Part shown: positions 26,078 to 40,167 of the stretch, one piece after another
Position numbering within the stretch: the first letter of the stretch is position 1
How the letters are laid out: every line of letters starts with the position of its first letter
Made by a program: the position numbers and the translations under genes
The notes under the pieces: generated by a model
Database searches by the model: none
Told to the model about the DNA's origin: nothing
The model's input: only the letters and a program-made list of their open reading frames with translations
Assembly: GCA_964016885.1 (NCBI GenBank)
Contig: OZ024766.1
Location: forward strand, 7,378,001-7,442,000
Direction of reading: 5' to 3'
Source of the DNA: Eledone cirrhosa
Taxonomy: Eukaryota
DNA: 64,000 nt

Positions 26078-27195
26078 ATCTTGGTTTCATTGGTGTTAAG
26101 TGACTGAGAGTACAAGAGTTCTCCCTGGACAGGACACCAGTCCATCACAGGGTTAGAGTCTGTCTTAGTTTCATTGGTGTTAAGTAACTGAGAGTACAAG
26201 ACTTCCCCCCGGACAGGACACCAGTCCATCACAGGGTTAAAGTCTGTCTTAGTGTCATTGGTGTTAAGTGACTGACAGTACAAGACTTCCCCCTGGACAG
26301 GACACCAGTCCATCACAGGGTTAAAGTCTGTCTTAGTGTCATTGGTGTTAAGTGACTGACAGTACAATACTTCCCCCTGGACAGGACACCAGTCCATCAC
26401 AGGGTTAAAGTCTGTCTTAGTTTCATTGGTGTTAAGTAACTGAGAGTACAAGACTTCCCCCTGGACAGGACACCAGTCCATCACAGGGTTAAAGTCTGTC
26501 TTAGTTTCATTGGTGTTAAGTGACTGAGAGTACAAGACTTCCCACTGGACAGGACACCAGTCCATCACAGGGTTAAAGTCTGTCTTAGTTTCATTGGTGT
26601 TAAGTAACTGAGAGTACAAGACTTCCCCCTGGACAGGACACCAGTCCATCACAGGGTTAAAGTCTGTCTTAGTTTCATTGGTGTTAAGTGACTGAGAGTA
26701 CAAGACTTCCCCCTGGACAGGACACCAGTCCATCACAGGGTTAAAGTCTGTCTTAGTTTCATTGGTGTTAAGTGACTGAGAGTACAAGACTTCCCCCTGG
26801 ACAGGACACCAGTCATTCACAGGGTTAAAGTCTGTCTTAGTTTCATTGGTGTTAAGTGACTGACAGTACAAGACTTCCCCCTGGACAGGACTCAGTCCAT
26901 CACAGGGTTAAAGTCTGTCTTAGTTTCATTGGTGTTAAGTGACTGACAGTACAAGACTTCCCCCTGGACAGGACACCAGTCCACCACAGGGTTAAAGTCT
27001 GTCTTAGTTTCATTGGTGTTAAGTGACTGACAGTACAAGACTTCCCCCTGGACAGGACTCCAGTCCATCACAGGGTTAAAGTCTGTCTTAGTGTCATTGG
27101 TGTTAAGTGACTGACAGTACAAGACTTCCCCCTGGACAGGACACCAGTCCATCACAGGGTTAGAGTCTGTCTTAGTTTCATTGGTGTTAAGTGAC
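26078..27195 (-). repeat. 84-bp minisatellite (~13 copies) derived from a SINE 3' region
   Basis: Unit AACCCTGTGATGGACTGGTGTCCTGTCCAGGGGGAAG...; the related array follows a SINE body at 29495-30130. Confidence 0.9.
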
Positions 27196-27835
27196 AATAG
27201 TATATATAGAGTAATGTAAATATTATGTGAGTTAATTATGTGAGGTAAAGCCTTTACCATGAAAATACAATAGTATATATAGAGTAATGTAAATGTTATG
27301 TGAGTTAATTATGTGAGGTAAAGCCTTTACTGTGAAAATACAATAGTATATATAGAGTAATGTAAATGCTAAATGGTTAAGGTGGTGGTAGAGTCTCCCC
27401 TCGAGTAGAAGGTAAATTATCAAGGTGGTAAAGTTTGAAAACTTCTCTGGTGAACCCCTACTGCACCCCACCACAAAAACTGAAAAATAAAAAAATTTAA
27501 TTCAAAAAATAAATTTAATAAAACAAAAACAAAATAAAAAATAAAAATGAAATAAAGACAAAACGAAAATATTTTCTTTCAAAATAAAAAAAAAAATAAT
27601 AAAATTTAATTAAATAAATGATCAAAAATAAAAAAAACGGGATAAATGATGGTTTGAGGAAATTGGTAAAAAAAAAATTTTTTTTTTTTAACTTTTAAAT
27701 GTAAAAAAATGAAAAATAAATAAATTTTAAAAGAAAAATGAACAAAACATTTTTTTTTTTTTTAAATGTAAAATAATTTGTTTTATCATTTTCTGTCTTC
27801 TAACCAGCAAGCAATTCATTTTGGACGATTAAAAT

Positions 27836-27881
<46 letters not shown>

Positions 27882-27906
27882 ATATATATACATATATATA
27901 TATATG

Positions 27907-27955
<49 letters not shown>

Positions 27956-27962
27956 GTATGTA

Positions 27963-28020
<58 letters not shown>

Positions 28021-28026
28021 TACATA

Positions 28027-28160
<134 letters not shown>

Positions 28161-28193
28161 TATATGTATATACATATATATATGTATATATAC

Positions 28194-28224
<31 letters not shown>

Positions 28225-28263
28225 CATATATATATGTATATACATATATATATGTATATATAC

Positions 28264-28294
<31 letters not shown>

Positions 28295-28395
28295 CATATA
28301 TATATGTATATACATATATATATGTATATATATATATGTATATACATATATACATATATATATATATATATGTATATACATATATATGTATATAC

Positions 28396-28429
<34 letters not shown>

Positions 28430-28473
28430 ATACATATACATATATATATATACATATACATATATATATATAC

Positions 28474-28513
<40 letters not shown>

Positions 28514-29494
28514 CATATATAAATTTATATATTATACATATATAATATATATTATACATATATAAATATATGTATATATCACACCCACCCACACATACAT
28601 ATATATATATTTATATACACACACACGTGTGTATATATATAATTTAAAACAAAATTTAAAAAAAAGGGACTTTCTGAAGATGGAAGGAGTTATTTGTGAG
28701 GTTTTTATTAAATTAAAAAAAAAAAAAAAGATTTTTTTTTTACAAAATAGTAAAAAATAATAAAAATTAATATAATGGTTTCTCATATAGTCACAAGCCC
28801 AGCAATTAGGGGGCAGGGGAAAGTCGATCAAATAGACCCCAGTGCGTTACTGGACTGGTACTTTATTTTATCGACCGCGGAAGGATGAAAGGCAAAGCTT
28901 AATCTCAGCGAGATTTGAACCCAGAACGTAAAGGGCCACAACTCGGTGCCGCAAGGCATCGTGTCCGGCGCACTACTGATTCTATTGCCAATCCACCGCG
29001 ATATTGATGACGATAATAATATACTGGATGAGAGAGTGAGATGTGGGAGAGAGAGAGAGAGAGATGAAATTAAAAAGAAGCAAACTTTTCTAATGAATGA
29101 AAATTATAAATTTTAAAAATTATATTTGTATAATTTAGCCCTTAACATTCTGTAATTATTTAGCAGAAAATATCTTAAACAAAGTTTGTTAATTTAAATG
29201 TTTATAGTATCTTTACTGGTAGACAAATTGTTGTAAACATTTACAGTATTACAGTAAAGACTTTAATATTTAATGTGATGTAGTCATAGTGTTGTTTTGT
29301 ACTAAATGTTTATAGTATCTTTACTGGTTGACAGATTATTGTGAAAATTTACAGTATTACAGTAAAGACTTTAATATTTAATGTGATGTAGTCATAGTGT
29401 TGTTTTGTACTAAATGTTTATAGTATCTTTACCTTATTTTATTTTATCGACCCCGTAAGGATGAAAGGCAACGCTAACCTCAACTAGCTGTAAC

Positions 29495-30130
29495 TATATG
29501 CTGTTGTGTGTTGTCTTCTTGACAAAAACACTTCATTTCACATTGCTCCAGTATACTCAGCTGAAAATGAGGACCAGCAATAGCTGGGGGTTGAACCCTG
29601 AGATAGACTGGTGTCCTGTCCAGGGGAAAGTCTTGTACTCTCAGTCACTTAATACCAATGAAACTAAGACAGACTTTAACCCTGTGGTGGACTGGTGTCT
29701 TGTCCAGGGGGAGTCTTGTACTCTCAGTCACTTAATTCCAATGAAACTAAGACAGACTTTAACCCTGTGATGAACTGGTGTCCTGTCCAGGGGGAAGTCT
29801 TGTGCTCTCAGTCACTTAATACCAATGAAACTAAGACAGACTTTAACCCTGTGATGGACTGGTGTCCTGTCCAGGGGGAAGTCTTGTGCTCTCAGTCACT
29901 TAACACCAATGAAACTAAGACAGACTTTAACCCTGTGATGGACTGGTGTCCTGTCCAGGGGGAAGTCTTGTGCTCTCAGTCACTTAACACCAATGAAACT
30001 AAGACAGACTTTAACCCTGTGATGGACTGGTGTCCTGTCCTCTCAGTCACTTAACACCAATGAAACTAAGACAGACTTTAACCCTGTGATGGACTGGTGT
30101 CTTGTCCAGGGGGAAGACTTGTACTCTCAG
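29495..30130 (+). repeat. SINE body followed by ~6 copies of the 84-bp unit
   Basis: CTTGACAAAAACACTTCATTTCACATTGCTCCAG followed by tandem units. Confidence 0.85.
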
Positions 30131-30557
30131 CTGTTCAACGGCACAGAAACTGAGATAAGTGCCAGCACAATAAACTTCCAGGCCCAAGACAGACTTTAAA
30201 CTTTTTAGGCAGGACCAAAAGGAAAGTCGACCTCGGAATGTAAAATGAACCAAAGACAAAGCCAGCAATAGCATTTTATCTGATGATGAAAATGTCCCAC
30301 CAATGCTGTTTCGTGTGAAACAGAATGTTAAGAGTTAAATTAATAGAAATATCTTTTTTTTTTTTAAATATAAATTAAATTAAATTAATAATAATGAAAA
30401 TCAATAAACCCCAACCTCCAAAATATCCAGCTCTCTGTCTCATATTTATTTTAAATTATATATATACACATATGTCTATATATATATACATACATACACA
30501 TGTCTCTCTCTCTCTCTCTATATATATATATACATACATATATATATGTATATATAT

Positions 30558-30588
<31 letters not shown>

Positions 30589-30593
30589 CATAG

Positions 30594-30624
<31 letters not shown>

Positions 30625-31051
30625 GACACACACACATATATATATATATATACACACATACATACATATATATATATATGTATATATATACATACATAGA
30701 CGCACACACACACACATATATATATATATACACATACATATATATGTATATATATACATAGACACACACACATACATACATATATATATATATGTATATA
30801 TATACATACATAGACGCACACACACACATATATATATATATATACACATACATATATATGTATATATATACATAGACACACACACACACACATATATATA
30901 TATACACATACATATATATGTATATATATACATAGACACACACACACATATATATATATACACATACATATATATGTATATATATACATAGACACACACA
31001 CACACACATATATATATATACACATACATATATATGTATATATATACATAG

Positions 31052-31082
<31 letters not shown>

Positions 31083-31279
31083 CACATACATATATATGTA
31101 TATATATACATAGACACACACACATATATATATATACACATACATATATATGTATATATATACATAGACACACACACACACATATATATATACACATACA
31201 TATATATGTATATATATACATAGACACACACACACATATATATATATACACATACATATATATGTATATATATACATAG

Positions 31280-31312
<33 letters not shown>

Positions 31313-32782
31313 CACATACATATATATGTATATATATACATAGACACACACACACACATATATATACACATACATATATATGTATATATATACATAGACA
31401 CACACACACACATATATATATACACATACATATATATGTATATATATACATAGACACACACACACATATATATATACACATACATATATATGTATATATA
31501 TACATAGACACACACACACATATATATATACACATACATATATATGTATATATATACATAGACACACACACACATATATATATATACACATACATATATA
31601 TGTATATATATACATAGACACACACACATATATATATACACATACATATATATGTATATATATACATAGACACACACACACACATATATATATACACATA
31701 CATATATATGTATATATATACATAGACACACACACACACATATATATATACACATACATATATATGTATATATATACATAGACACACACACACATATATA
31801 TATATACACATACATATATATGTATATATATACATAGACACACACACACATATATATATATACACATACATATATATGTATATATATACATAGACACACA
31901 CACACACATATATATATACACATACATATATATGTATATATATATACATAGACACACACACACACACATATATATATACACATACATATATATGTATATA
32001 TATATACATAGACACACACACACACATATATATATACACATACATATATATGTATATATATACATAGACACACACACACACATATATATATACACATACA
32101 TATATATGTATATATATACATAGACACACACACACATACATATATATGTATATATATACATAGACACACACACACATATATATATATACACATACATATA
32201 TATGTATATATATACATAGACACACACACACACATATATATATACACATACATATATATGTATATATATACATAGACACACACACACACACATATATATA
32301 TACACATACATATATATGTATATATATACATAGACACACACACACACATATATATATACACATACATATATATGTATATATATACATAGACACACACACA
32401 CATATATATATATACACATACATATATATGTATATATATACATAGACACACACACACATATATATATATACACATACATATATATGTATATATATACATA
32501 GACACACACACACACATATATATATACATAGACACACACACATATATATATATATATAGACACACACACATATATATATATATATACACACATACATACA
32601 TATATATATATATGTATATATATACATACATAGACGCACACACACACACACATATATATATATATACACATACATATATATGTATATATATACATAGACA
32701 CACACACACACATATATATATATATACACATACATATATATGTATATATATACATAGACACACACACACACACACACACACA

Positions 32783-32850
<68 letters not shown>

Positions 32851-33099
32851 TACACACACACATATCTCGCCGCCAACCGAAAGAAGGGCAAGGAAAAACG
32901 AAACGAACGCAAACGAAACGGGCGCAAATCGACCACCCGACCGACGCTCGAACGTCGAGTCCAACGCTACAGCCCCGTACCGGTTCACCGCTTCGCGTAC
33001 AGACGATATATACACACACATACATATGTATATATATACATACATACATACACACATATGTATACATAGACACATACACACACATATATACACACATAC

Positions 33100-33136
<37 letters not shown>

Positions 33137-33155
33137 CATACATACATAGACACAT

Positions 33156-33188
<33 letters not shown>

Positions 33189-33399
33189 AATATACACACA
33201 TATATATATATATATATAAATATACATACATATATATATATTTATATATATACACCTCTTCAGCCTCCTCTTTTATCTCCTGTTTCTGTTTTTGATCTGA
33301 AAATATTTTTTTTTATAATCTTTTTTCTTTCTAAACCTTCTTAATTTCAACTTGACCAACTCACGGCCAAGTCTCACTTCCCTCCCTTCTCCCTATGCT

Positions 33400-33885
33400 C
33401 TGCAAAGTCTTACAAGGTCTCGCGAAATCCCACATGGTCTCGTAAAGTCCCACAAGTTCTTGCAAGGTCCCACAAGTTCTCGCAAAGTGCTGCAAGGTCT
33501 TGCAAGGTCTCACAAAGTCTCACAAAGTCTCACAAGGTCTTGCAAAGTCTCGCCGGGTCTTGCAAAGTCATGCAAGGTCTCGCAAAGTCCCACATGATCT
33601 CGCAAAATCCTGCAAGGTCCCACAAAGTCTCCCGCGGTCTTGCAAAATCCCACACGGTCTCGCAAATTCCCACAAGTTCTTGCAAGGTCCCACAAGTTCT
33701 CGCAAAGTGCTGCAAGGTCTCACAAAGTTCTGCAAATTCCACAAAGTCTCAAAGTCTTGCAACGTCTCCCAAAGTCCTGCAAGGTCCCACAAGGTCTCCC
33801 AAAGTTCTGCAGGGTCACACAAGGTCTCCCAAAGTCCTGCAAGGTCTCACAAAGTCTCGCAGGGTCTCACCAAGAGTCACAAAGC
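33400..33885 (+). repeat. 10-bp-based degenerate repeat (CACAAAGTCT/TGCAAGGTCT)
   Basis: Visible 10-nt periodicity. Confidence 0.85.
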
Positions 33886-35027
33886 TGTCTGATGCTGCAT
33901 CTCCATAATGCAGTGTGTAAAGTTTTAAACGGTTTTCCAATTGGTTTAGCTGCTGCAGTGGTGGTGGTGGTGGTAGTAGAAGTAGTAGTGGTGGTGGTAG
34001 CAGTAGTGGTGGTGATAGTAGTGGTGTTGATGGTGATGTAATGGTGGTGGTAGATGTGGTAGTGTTGTTGTGATGGTGTGGTGTTGGTAGTTGTGGTGAT
34101 TGTGGTGTTGTGGTTGTGGTGTAGTGATGGTGGTGTTGTGGTGTAGTGATGGTGTTGGTGTGGTGTGTGTGATGGTGTTGGTGGTAGTTGCTATGGCAAC
34201 AGCAGCAGCCCTGTGGGAGGAAACTGAGTGGTGATGGAGGAGGGTGGGGGGTGTTAGAAGGAAGGTTAGGGGCCAGAGAATGAAGTGTGATGTCGGAAGG
34301 AAAGGGGGTGGGGGTCTTACAGATAGAAGGGTTTAAAAAAAGGGACCAGGGAAGGGACAGGTTAGAAAAACAAGGGATTTATAAGTGGAAAGGAGTGATT
34401 AAGGATGGCAAGGGATTAGGGAAGGATTAAGGAAGGAAAGGGATTAGGGTTAAGGAAGGCAAGGGATTGGGGAAGGATTAATGAAAAAATGATCAGGGAA
34501 GGATTAAGGAAGGATTAAAGATGGAAAGGAGAGATTAGGGAAGGATTAAAGAAAGCAAGGGATCAGGGAAGGATTAAGGAAGGATTAAAGATGGAAAGGA
34601 GGGATTAGGGAAGGATTAAAGGCAAGGGATCAGGGAAGGATTAGGGAAGGATTAAAGAAGGCAAGGGATCAGGGAAGGATTAAGGAAGGATTAAAGATAG
34701 AAAGGAGGAATTAGGGAAAGATTAAAGATGGAAAGGAAGGATTAAGGAGGGCAAGGGATTAGTGAACGATTAAAGATGGAAAGGAAGGATTAAGGAGGGC
34801 AAGGGATTAGGGAACGATTAAAGATGGAAAGGAAGGATTAAGGAGGGCAAGGGATTAGGGAACGATTAAAGATGGAAAGGAGAGATTAAGGAAGGCAAGG
34901 GATTAGGGATAGAATTAGAGATGGAAAAATGAAGGTTGGGACTTGTGGATGGATAGGATTAAGAAAGCAAAGGATTAGGGGAGGGGAAAAAAAGGGGGTG
35001 AAGTAGGAAGAGGAGGGGAGTTAGGGA

Positions 35028-35379
35028 TTAGCTCTGTTCATTGGCCTGTGCCATGTAGGCGTCTAGCTCGGCGTCAAGGTGGGCCTTCGTCTTAGACATG
35101 TACTCGTCCAGCTGGTTGTCCAGCTCCTGCTTGATGACGTGGGGGTTGCCCCCGCCGCCGCCGCCCCCGCCCCCGGGGTTGCCCGACTGGCCCCCTCCAC
35201 CGCCGCCGCCACCTCGACCGCCCATGCCGGGGGGCCCCCCTCCGCGTCCCCGGCCCCCTCGCATGCCCCCCCTGGGGGGCCCACGACCGCCGCCGCCACC
35301 GCCGCGGAACTTCCCGCCACCGCCACGTCCACCACCGCCGCCTCCTCTCGACCTAAGTCCGCCTCGACCTCGGAAACGA
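35028..35379 (-). CDS. CHTOP: CHTOP/FOP (chromatin target of PRMT1) last coding exon
   Basis: RGG-rich frame ending [34 protein letters not shown], the duplicated LDxxLDxYM C-terminal signature of CHTOP; acceptor TTTCTACAG|, phase 2. Confidence 0.93.
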
Positions 35380-35412
35380 CTGTAGAAAGAGAGAAAGTAG
35401 AAAAGATTTTAG

Positions 35413-35444
<32 letters not shown>

Positions 35445-35846
35445 ATATCTTTTAAATCAATAATCAATATATACAAATCAATAGAAGAATTATTGACAAA
35501 CAAAGAAGAAAACAAACAAAAAATAACAAAAAATATCATTATCATTATTATTCTGAGGGGGGCGCAGGGTTCGCAGTAATCAGTAGAGCACCAGACAACC
35601 TCGGGTGTCTTATTCTGGAAGAAGAGAACAGATCTCTTAACCTAACTTTTCAGAATATGAGAATATCTACTAGGACCCACTAACTTTACCTTTCATCCTC
35701 ACGGGGTCGATAAAATAAAGTACCAGTAATACACTGGTGAAATTGCTGGCCTTGTGCCAAAAGTAGAAACAATTATTAGGGCAGTGGGTTAGGCAGTAAT
35801 TGGTAGAGCATCGAACAACATATGCTATGTGGCATATATAAAGTCG

Positions 35847-36695
35847 TTAACCCTTTACCATTTACATTACTCTATATATACTATTGTATTTTCACAGTAA
35901 AGGCTTTACCTCACATAATATCTCACATAACATTTACATTACTCTATATATACTATTGTATTTTCACAGTAAAGGCTTTACCTCACATAATATCTCACAT
36001 AACATTTACATTACTCTATACATACTATTGTATTTTCACAGTAAAGGCTTTACCTCACATACCATTTACATTACTCTATATATACTATTGTATTTTCACA
36101 GTAAAGACTTTACCTCACATAACATTTACATTACACTATATATACTATTGTATTTTCACAGTAAAGGCTTTACCTCACATAATATCTCACATAACATTTA
36201 CATTACTCTATATATACTATTGTATTTTCACAGTAAAGTCTTTACCTCACATAACATTTACATTACTCTATATATACTATTGTATTTTCACAGTAAAGCC
36301 TTTACCTCACATAATATCTCACATAACATTTACATTACTCTATATATACTATTGTATTTTCACAGTAAAGGCTTTACCTTACATAATATCTCACATAACA
36401 TTTACATTACTCTATATATACTATTGTATTTTCACAGTAAAGGCTTTACCTCACATAACATTTACATTACTCTATATATACTATTGTATTTTCACAGTAA
36501 AGGTTTTACCTCACATAATATCTCACATAACATTTACATTACTCTATATATACTATTATATTTTCACAGTAAAGGTTTTACCTCACATAACATTTACATT
36601 ACTCTATATATACTATTGTATTTTCACAGTAAAGGCTTTACCTCACATAATATCGAATCTATGAGATTTTGATATTATTTATTCTGAGAACATTA
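35847..36695 (+). repeat. TTAA-MITE with an internally amplified 60/72-bp minisatellite
   Basis: Starts TTAACCCTTTACCATTTACATT; array ends in AATCTATGAGATTTTGATATT as in 60029-60238. Confidence 0.9.
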
Positions 36696-37108
36696 CCCTA
36701 AAATATCAGCTGGGAACCTTCCATATACCCTTACCACCCCTAAAATATCAGCTTGGAACCTTCCATATAACTCGGCCACCCCTAAAATATCAGCTTGGAA
36801 CCTACCATATAAATCGGCCACCCCTAAAATATCAGCTTGGAACCTTCCATATACCCTGACCACCCCCTAAAATATCAGCTTGGAACCTTCCATATAACTC
36901 GGCCACCCCTAAAATATCAGCTTGGAACCTTCCATATACCCTGACCACCCCTAAAATATCAGCTTGGAACCTTCCATATACCCTGACCACCCCTAAAATA
37001 TCAGCTTGGAACCTTCCATATACCCTGACCACCCCTAAAATATCAGCTTGGAACCTTCCATATAACTCGGCCACCCCTAAAATATCAGCTTGGAATCTTC
37101 CATATAAC
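36696..37108 (+). repeat. 42-bp minisatellite (CCACCCCTAAAATATCAGCTTGGAACCTTCCATATACCCTGA)
   Basis: About 10 tandem copies. Confidence 0.9.
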
Positions 37109-37521
37109 AGCGCGGAACCTCTGTCAATGAAACAAAACGAAAAAGAAAACGAAAAAGAAGAGAAGAAGAGAGAGAGCAGGAGGAGGTGGAGGGGGGTAAC
37201 AACAACAACAAGAAAATAAATAGGAAGGAGGAAGAGTCCATTATTACTGTAAGTAGGTGGTTACCTGGAAAATGGACCCTGGTCAAATAGGAAGGCTCCA
37301 GGAAAGGACAGCTGTGACCACTGGTTTGGTGGTGGGGGGACAGGTAACAGTGATCTGTGAGAGGATAGAGATATATATAGAGTGAGGGGGAGAGAGTGAG
37401 TGGGGAGAGAGGGAGTAACAGATATATATATATAGAGAGAGAGAGAGGGCGGGTGACAGATATATATATAGAGAGAGGGGGAGTGACAGAGATATATATA
37501 GAGAGAGTGGGAGTGACAGAG

Positions 37522-37555
<34 letters not shown>

Positions 37556-37919
37556 GGAGTGACAGAGATATATATATAGAGAGAGAGAGGGCGGGTGACA
37601 GAGATATATAGAGAGAGGGGGAGTGACAGAGATAAATAGAGAGAGGGGGAGTGACAGAGATATATATATATATATACATATAGAGAGAGAGGGAGTGACA
37701 GATATATATATAGAGAGAGGGAGTGACAGAGATATATATAGAGAGAGAGAGAGGGGGTGTGACAGATATATATATATATAGAGAGAGGGGGAGTGACAGA
37801 GATATATATAGAGAGAGAGGGGGAGTGACAGAGATATATATAGAGAGAGAAGGCGAGTGACAGATATATATATATATAGAGAGAGAGACAGAGTGTGAGG
37901 GAGAGATAGAGAGAGTAAC

Positions 37920-37961
<42 letters not shown>

Positions 37962-38156
37962 GTGTGACAGAGATATATATATAGAGAGTGAGGGGAGAGA
38001 GAGGTGTGACAGAGATATATATAGAGAGAGAGAGTGAGGGAGGGGAGAGAGAGGAGGTGTGACAGAGATATATATAGAGAGAGAGGGAGTGACAGATATA
38101 TAGAGAGTGAAGGGGAGAGAGAGAGAGAGAGAGAGAGAGGTTACAAAGATTTGTGT

Positions 38157-38195
<39 letters not shown>

Positions 38196-38224
38196 TATAA
38201 TTTAAAAATATATATATATATAAT

Positions 38225-38777
38225 AAAATTAGAATTGGTACTCTGAAATAGTGATGTATGCTTAATTAAAAGCATTTCGAAGACCTTATGCTATTGTTTT
38301 AAAGCTGTGACAGACTCACTCACTTTAATTTTCAGCAAACGGGGGAGATAAAGCTGACAAGGCCTTGTTTCGCATTTATTGATGCTTCTCAAAGCCAACT
38401 ACTTCTCCCGTTTGCTGAAATCATGGATGTTTGGTTCTTATAGAATTCTAGTCAATAATCAGGAACTGATTATACAGAGCGGTTGCCGGTCAAGCAAAAA
38501 TTGAAAATTAGAATTGGTACTCTGAAATAGTGATGTATGCTTAATTAAAAGCATTTCGAAGACCTTATGCTATTGTTTTAAAGCTGTGACAGACTCACTC
38601 ACTTTAATTTTCAGCAAACGGGGGAGATAAAGCTGACAAGGCCTTGTTTCGCATTTATTGATGCTTCTCAAAGCCAACTACTTCTCCCGTTTGCTGAAAT
38701 CATGGATGTTTGGTTCTTATAGAATTCTAGTCAATAATCAGGAACTGATTATACAGAGCGGTTGCCGGTCAAGCAAA
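38225..38777 (-). mobile_element. 279-bp tandem dimer, each unit with a hammerhead (retrozyme/PLE-like)
   Basis: Units start at 38225 and 38504 and are near-identical; hammerheads at 38352-38396 and 38631-38675. Confidence 0.75.
38352..38396 (-). ncRNA. Type-I hammerhead, U3-A8 covariant core (identical copy at 38631-38675)
   Basis: GGCU-UUGAGAA-GCAU(caauaa)AUGC-GAAA-CAAGGCCUUG-UC-AGCU; palindromic stem III, GUC site. Confidence 0.65.
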
Positions 38778-38810
38778 TATTGCTCTGAAATAGCTATATA
38801 TATATGAAAG

Positions 38811-39057
38811 TATATATAGTGTATTTTGCAATACACTGTATGCTTAATTAGAAGCATTTTGAAGACCTTACGCTATTTTCAGCAGGCAAAGTGAGCGCTA
38901 AGCTCTGAGGAGTACCCAACAGTACGAAACAGATCTGCCAGCTTATCTCCCTTGCTGAAAAAAGAAGTGACATAGCCACTGCTTTAAAACAATAGCATAA
39001 GGTCTTCAAAATGGCTTTAATTAAGCATACCGTGTATTGCAAAATACACTATATATA
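38811..39057 (+). mobile_element. Related fold-back element with a hammerhead-like motif at 38899-38945
   Basis: ~65-bp terminal inverted repeat; UAAGCU-CUGAGGA-GUAC..GUAC-GAAA-CAGAUCUG-CC-AGCUUA (U16.1 changed to C). Confidence 0.6.
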
Positions 39058-39293
39058 CATATATATATTAATATATATGTTAAGTAATTCCAAAGAAAAA
39101 GCAAAGGAAAAAAGAGATCTCTATTTGATAGAACAGAGCTGTTCACTTTCTAAATATATATATATATATATATATATATAATAATGATAGTGAATAAAAT
39201 CGAAGTTTAATGCAACATCTCTCGAAAGAACAATCTTTAGAAGCTTTGATATAGATAAATCTTAGAGTAATAAACATACGTTAAAAGTGTGCC

Positions 39294-39324
<31 letters not shown>

Positions 39325-39379
39325 GAAGTATTTCTGTAGGAAAGGTAAAGAAGAGTGCTCTATGTATGCTACAGAGCTA

Positions 39380-39575
39380 TTTAATTATGTAATAAACAAC
39401 ATAAGACAATTATTCCATTTACCAAAAGTTTCATGAAGACAGATGCGCTCAACAGAGACGTCTGATTTTCATTCTGATGAGCGATTTCAGACGTCTCTGT
39501 TGGGCTCGTCTTGTCTTCATGAAACCTTTGGTAAATGGAATAATTGTCTTATGTTGTTTATTACATAATTAAATA
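39380..39575 (+). mobile_element. Fold-back element with a hammerhead-like motif at 39468-39539
   Basis: ~85-bp inverted repeat; UUCAUU-CUGAUGA...GAAA-CCUUUGG-UA-AAUGGA; stem II irregular. Confidence 0.55.
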
Positions 39576-39589
39576 TATATATATGTGTA

Positions 39590-39780
39590 TCCCGGGTTCA
39601 ATCGGCGGTAACCACAGTAAGTAAGGTACTCAATACATAGCAGAGTATAAATATTTAATATAGAAATGGCTTCTACAGGACTAGAACTGTTTCATTCGGA
39701 AGAAATCATCAGGAAATTCCTGATGATTTCTTCCTAATAAAACAGTTCTAGTCCTGTAGAAGTCATTTCTATATTAAATA
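39590..39780 (-). mobile_element. Fold-back element family A with an intact hammerhead at 39670-39716
   Basis: UUUC-CUGAUGA-UUUCUUCCGAAU-GAAA-CAG..CUG-UA-GAAG; inversion centre TCATCAGGAAATTCCTGATGA. Confidence 0.7.
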
Positions 39781-40096
39781 TATATACATACGAATACCAC
39801 AGCAGAGAATGCATGTTTTTTTGCGTGTGTGCAATTTATAAAGATTTCCGATTTTAATTTAATTTAATGATATATATATATAAGGCGCGTGGCTGAGTGG
39901 TTAGAGAATTGGATTCACAATCTTGAGGCTGTGAGTTCAATTCCTGGACCAGGCGATGCGTTATGTCCTTGAGCAAGACACTTTATTTCACGTTGCTCCT
40001 TCTACCTGGAGTTGCGACCGATAGATAGTATTAGCAACTGGAAAGACCAACGGAAACATTGTTTCCTCGGTCCGATTTGACGAAAGTCAATCGATC

Positions 40097-40135
<39 letters not shown>

Positions 40136-40167
40136 TACCCTTAGCATTTGCAAAATTTTCCTCAGAA

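Noticed and set aside
25966-26871. 301-aa ORF with a 28-aa repeat
   Set aside because: The 84-bp unit is divisible by 3 by chance, frameshifts occur, and the unit derives from a SINE
35063-35579. Alternative ORFs (Pro-rich, Ala-rich) over the CHTOP last exon
   Set aside because: Shadow frames of GC-rich RGG codons
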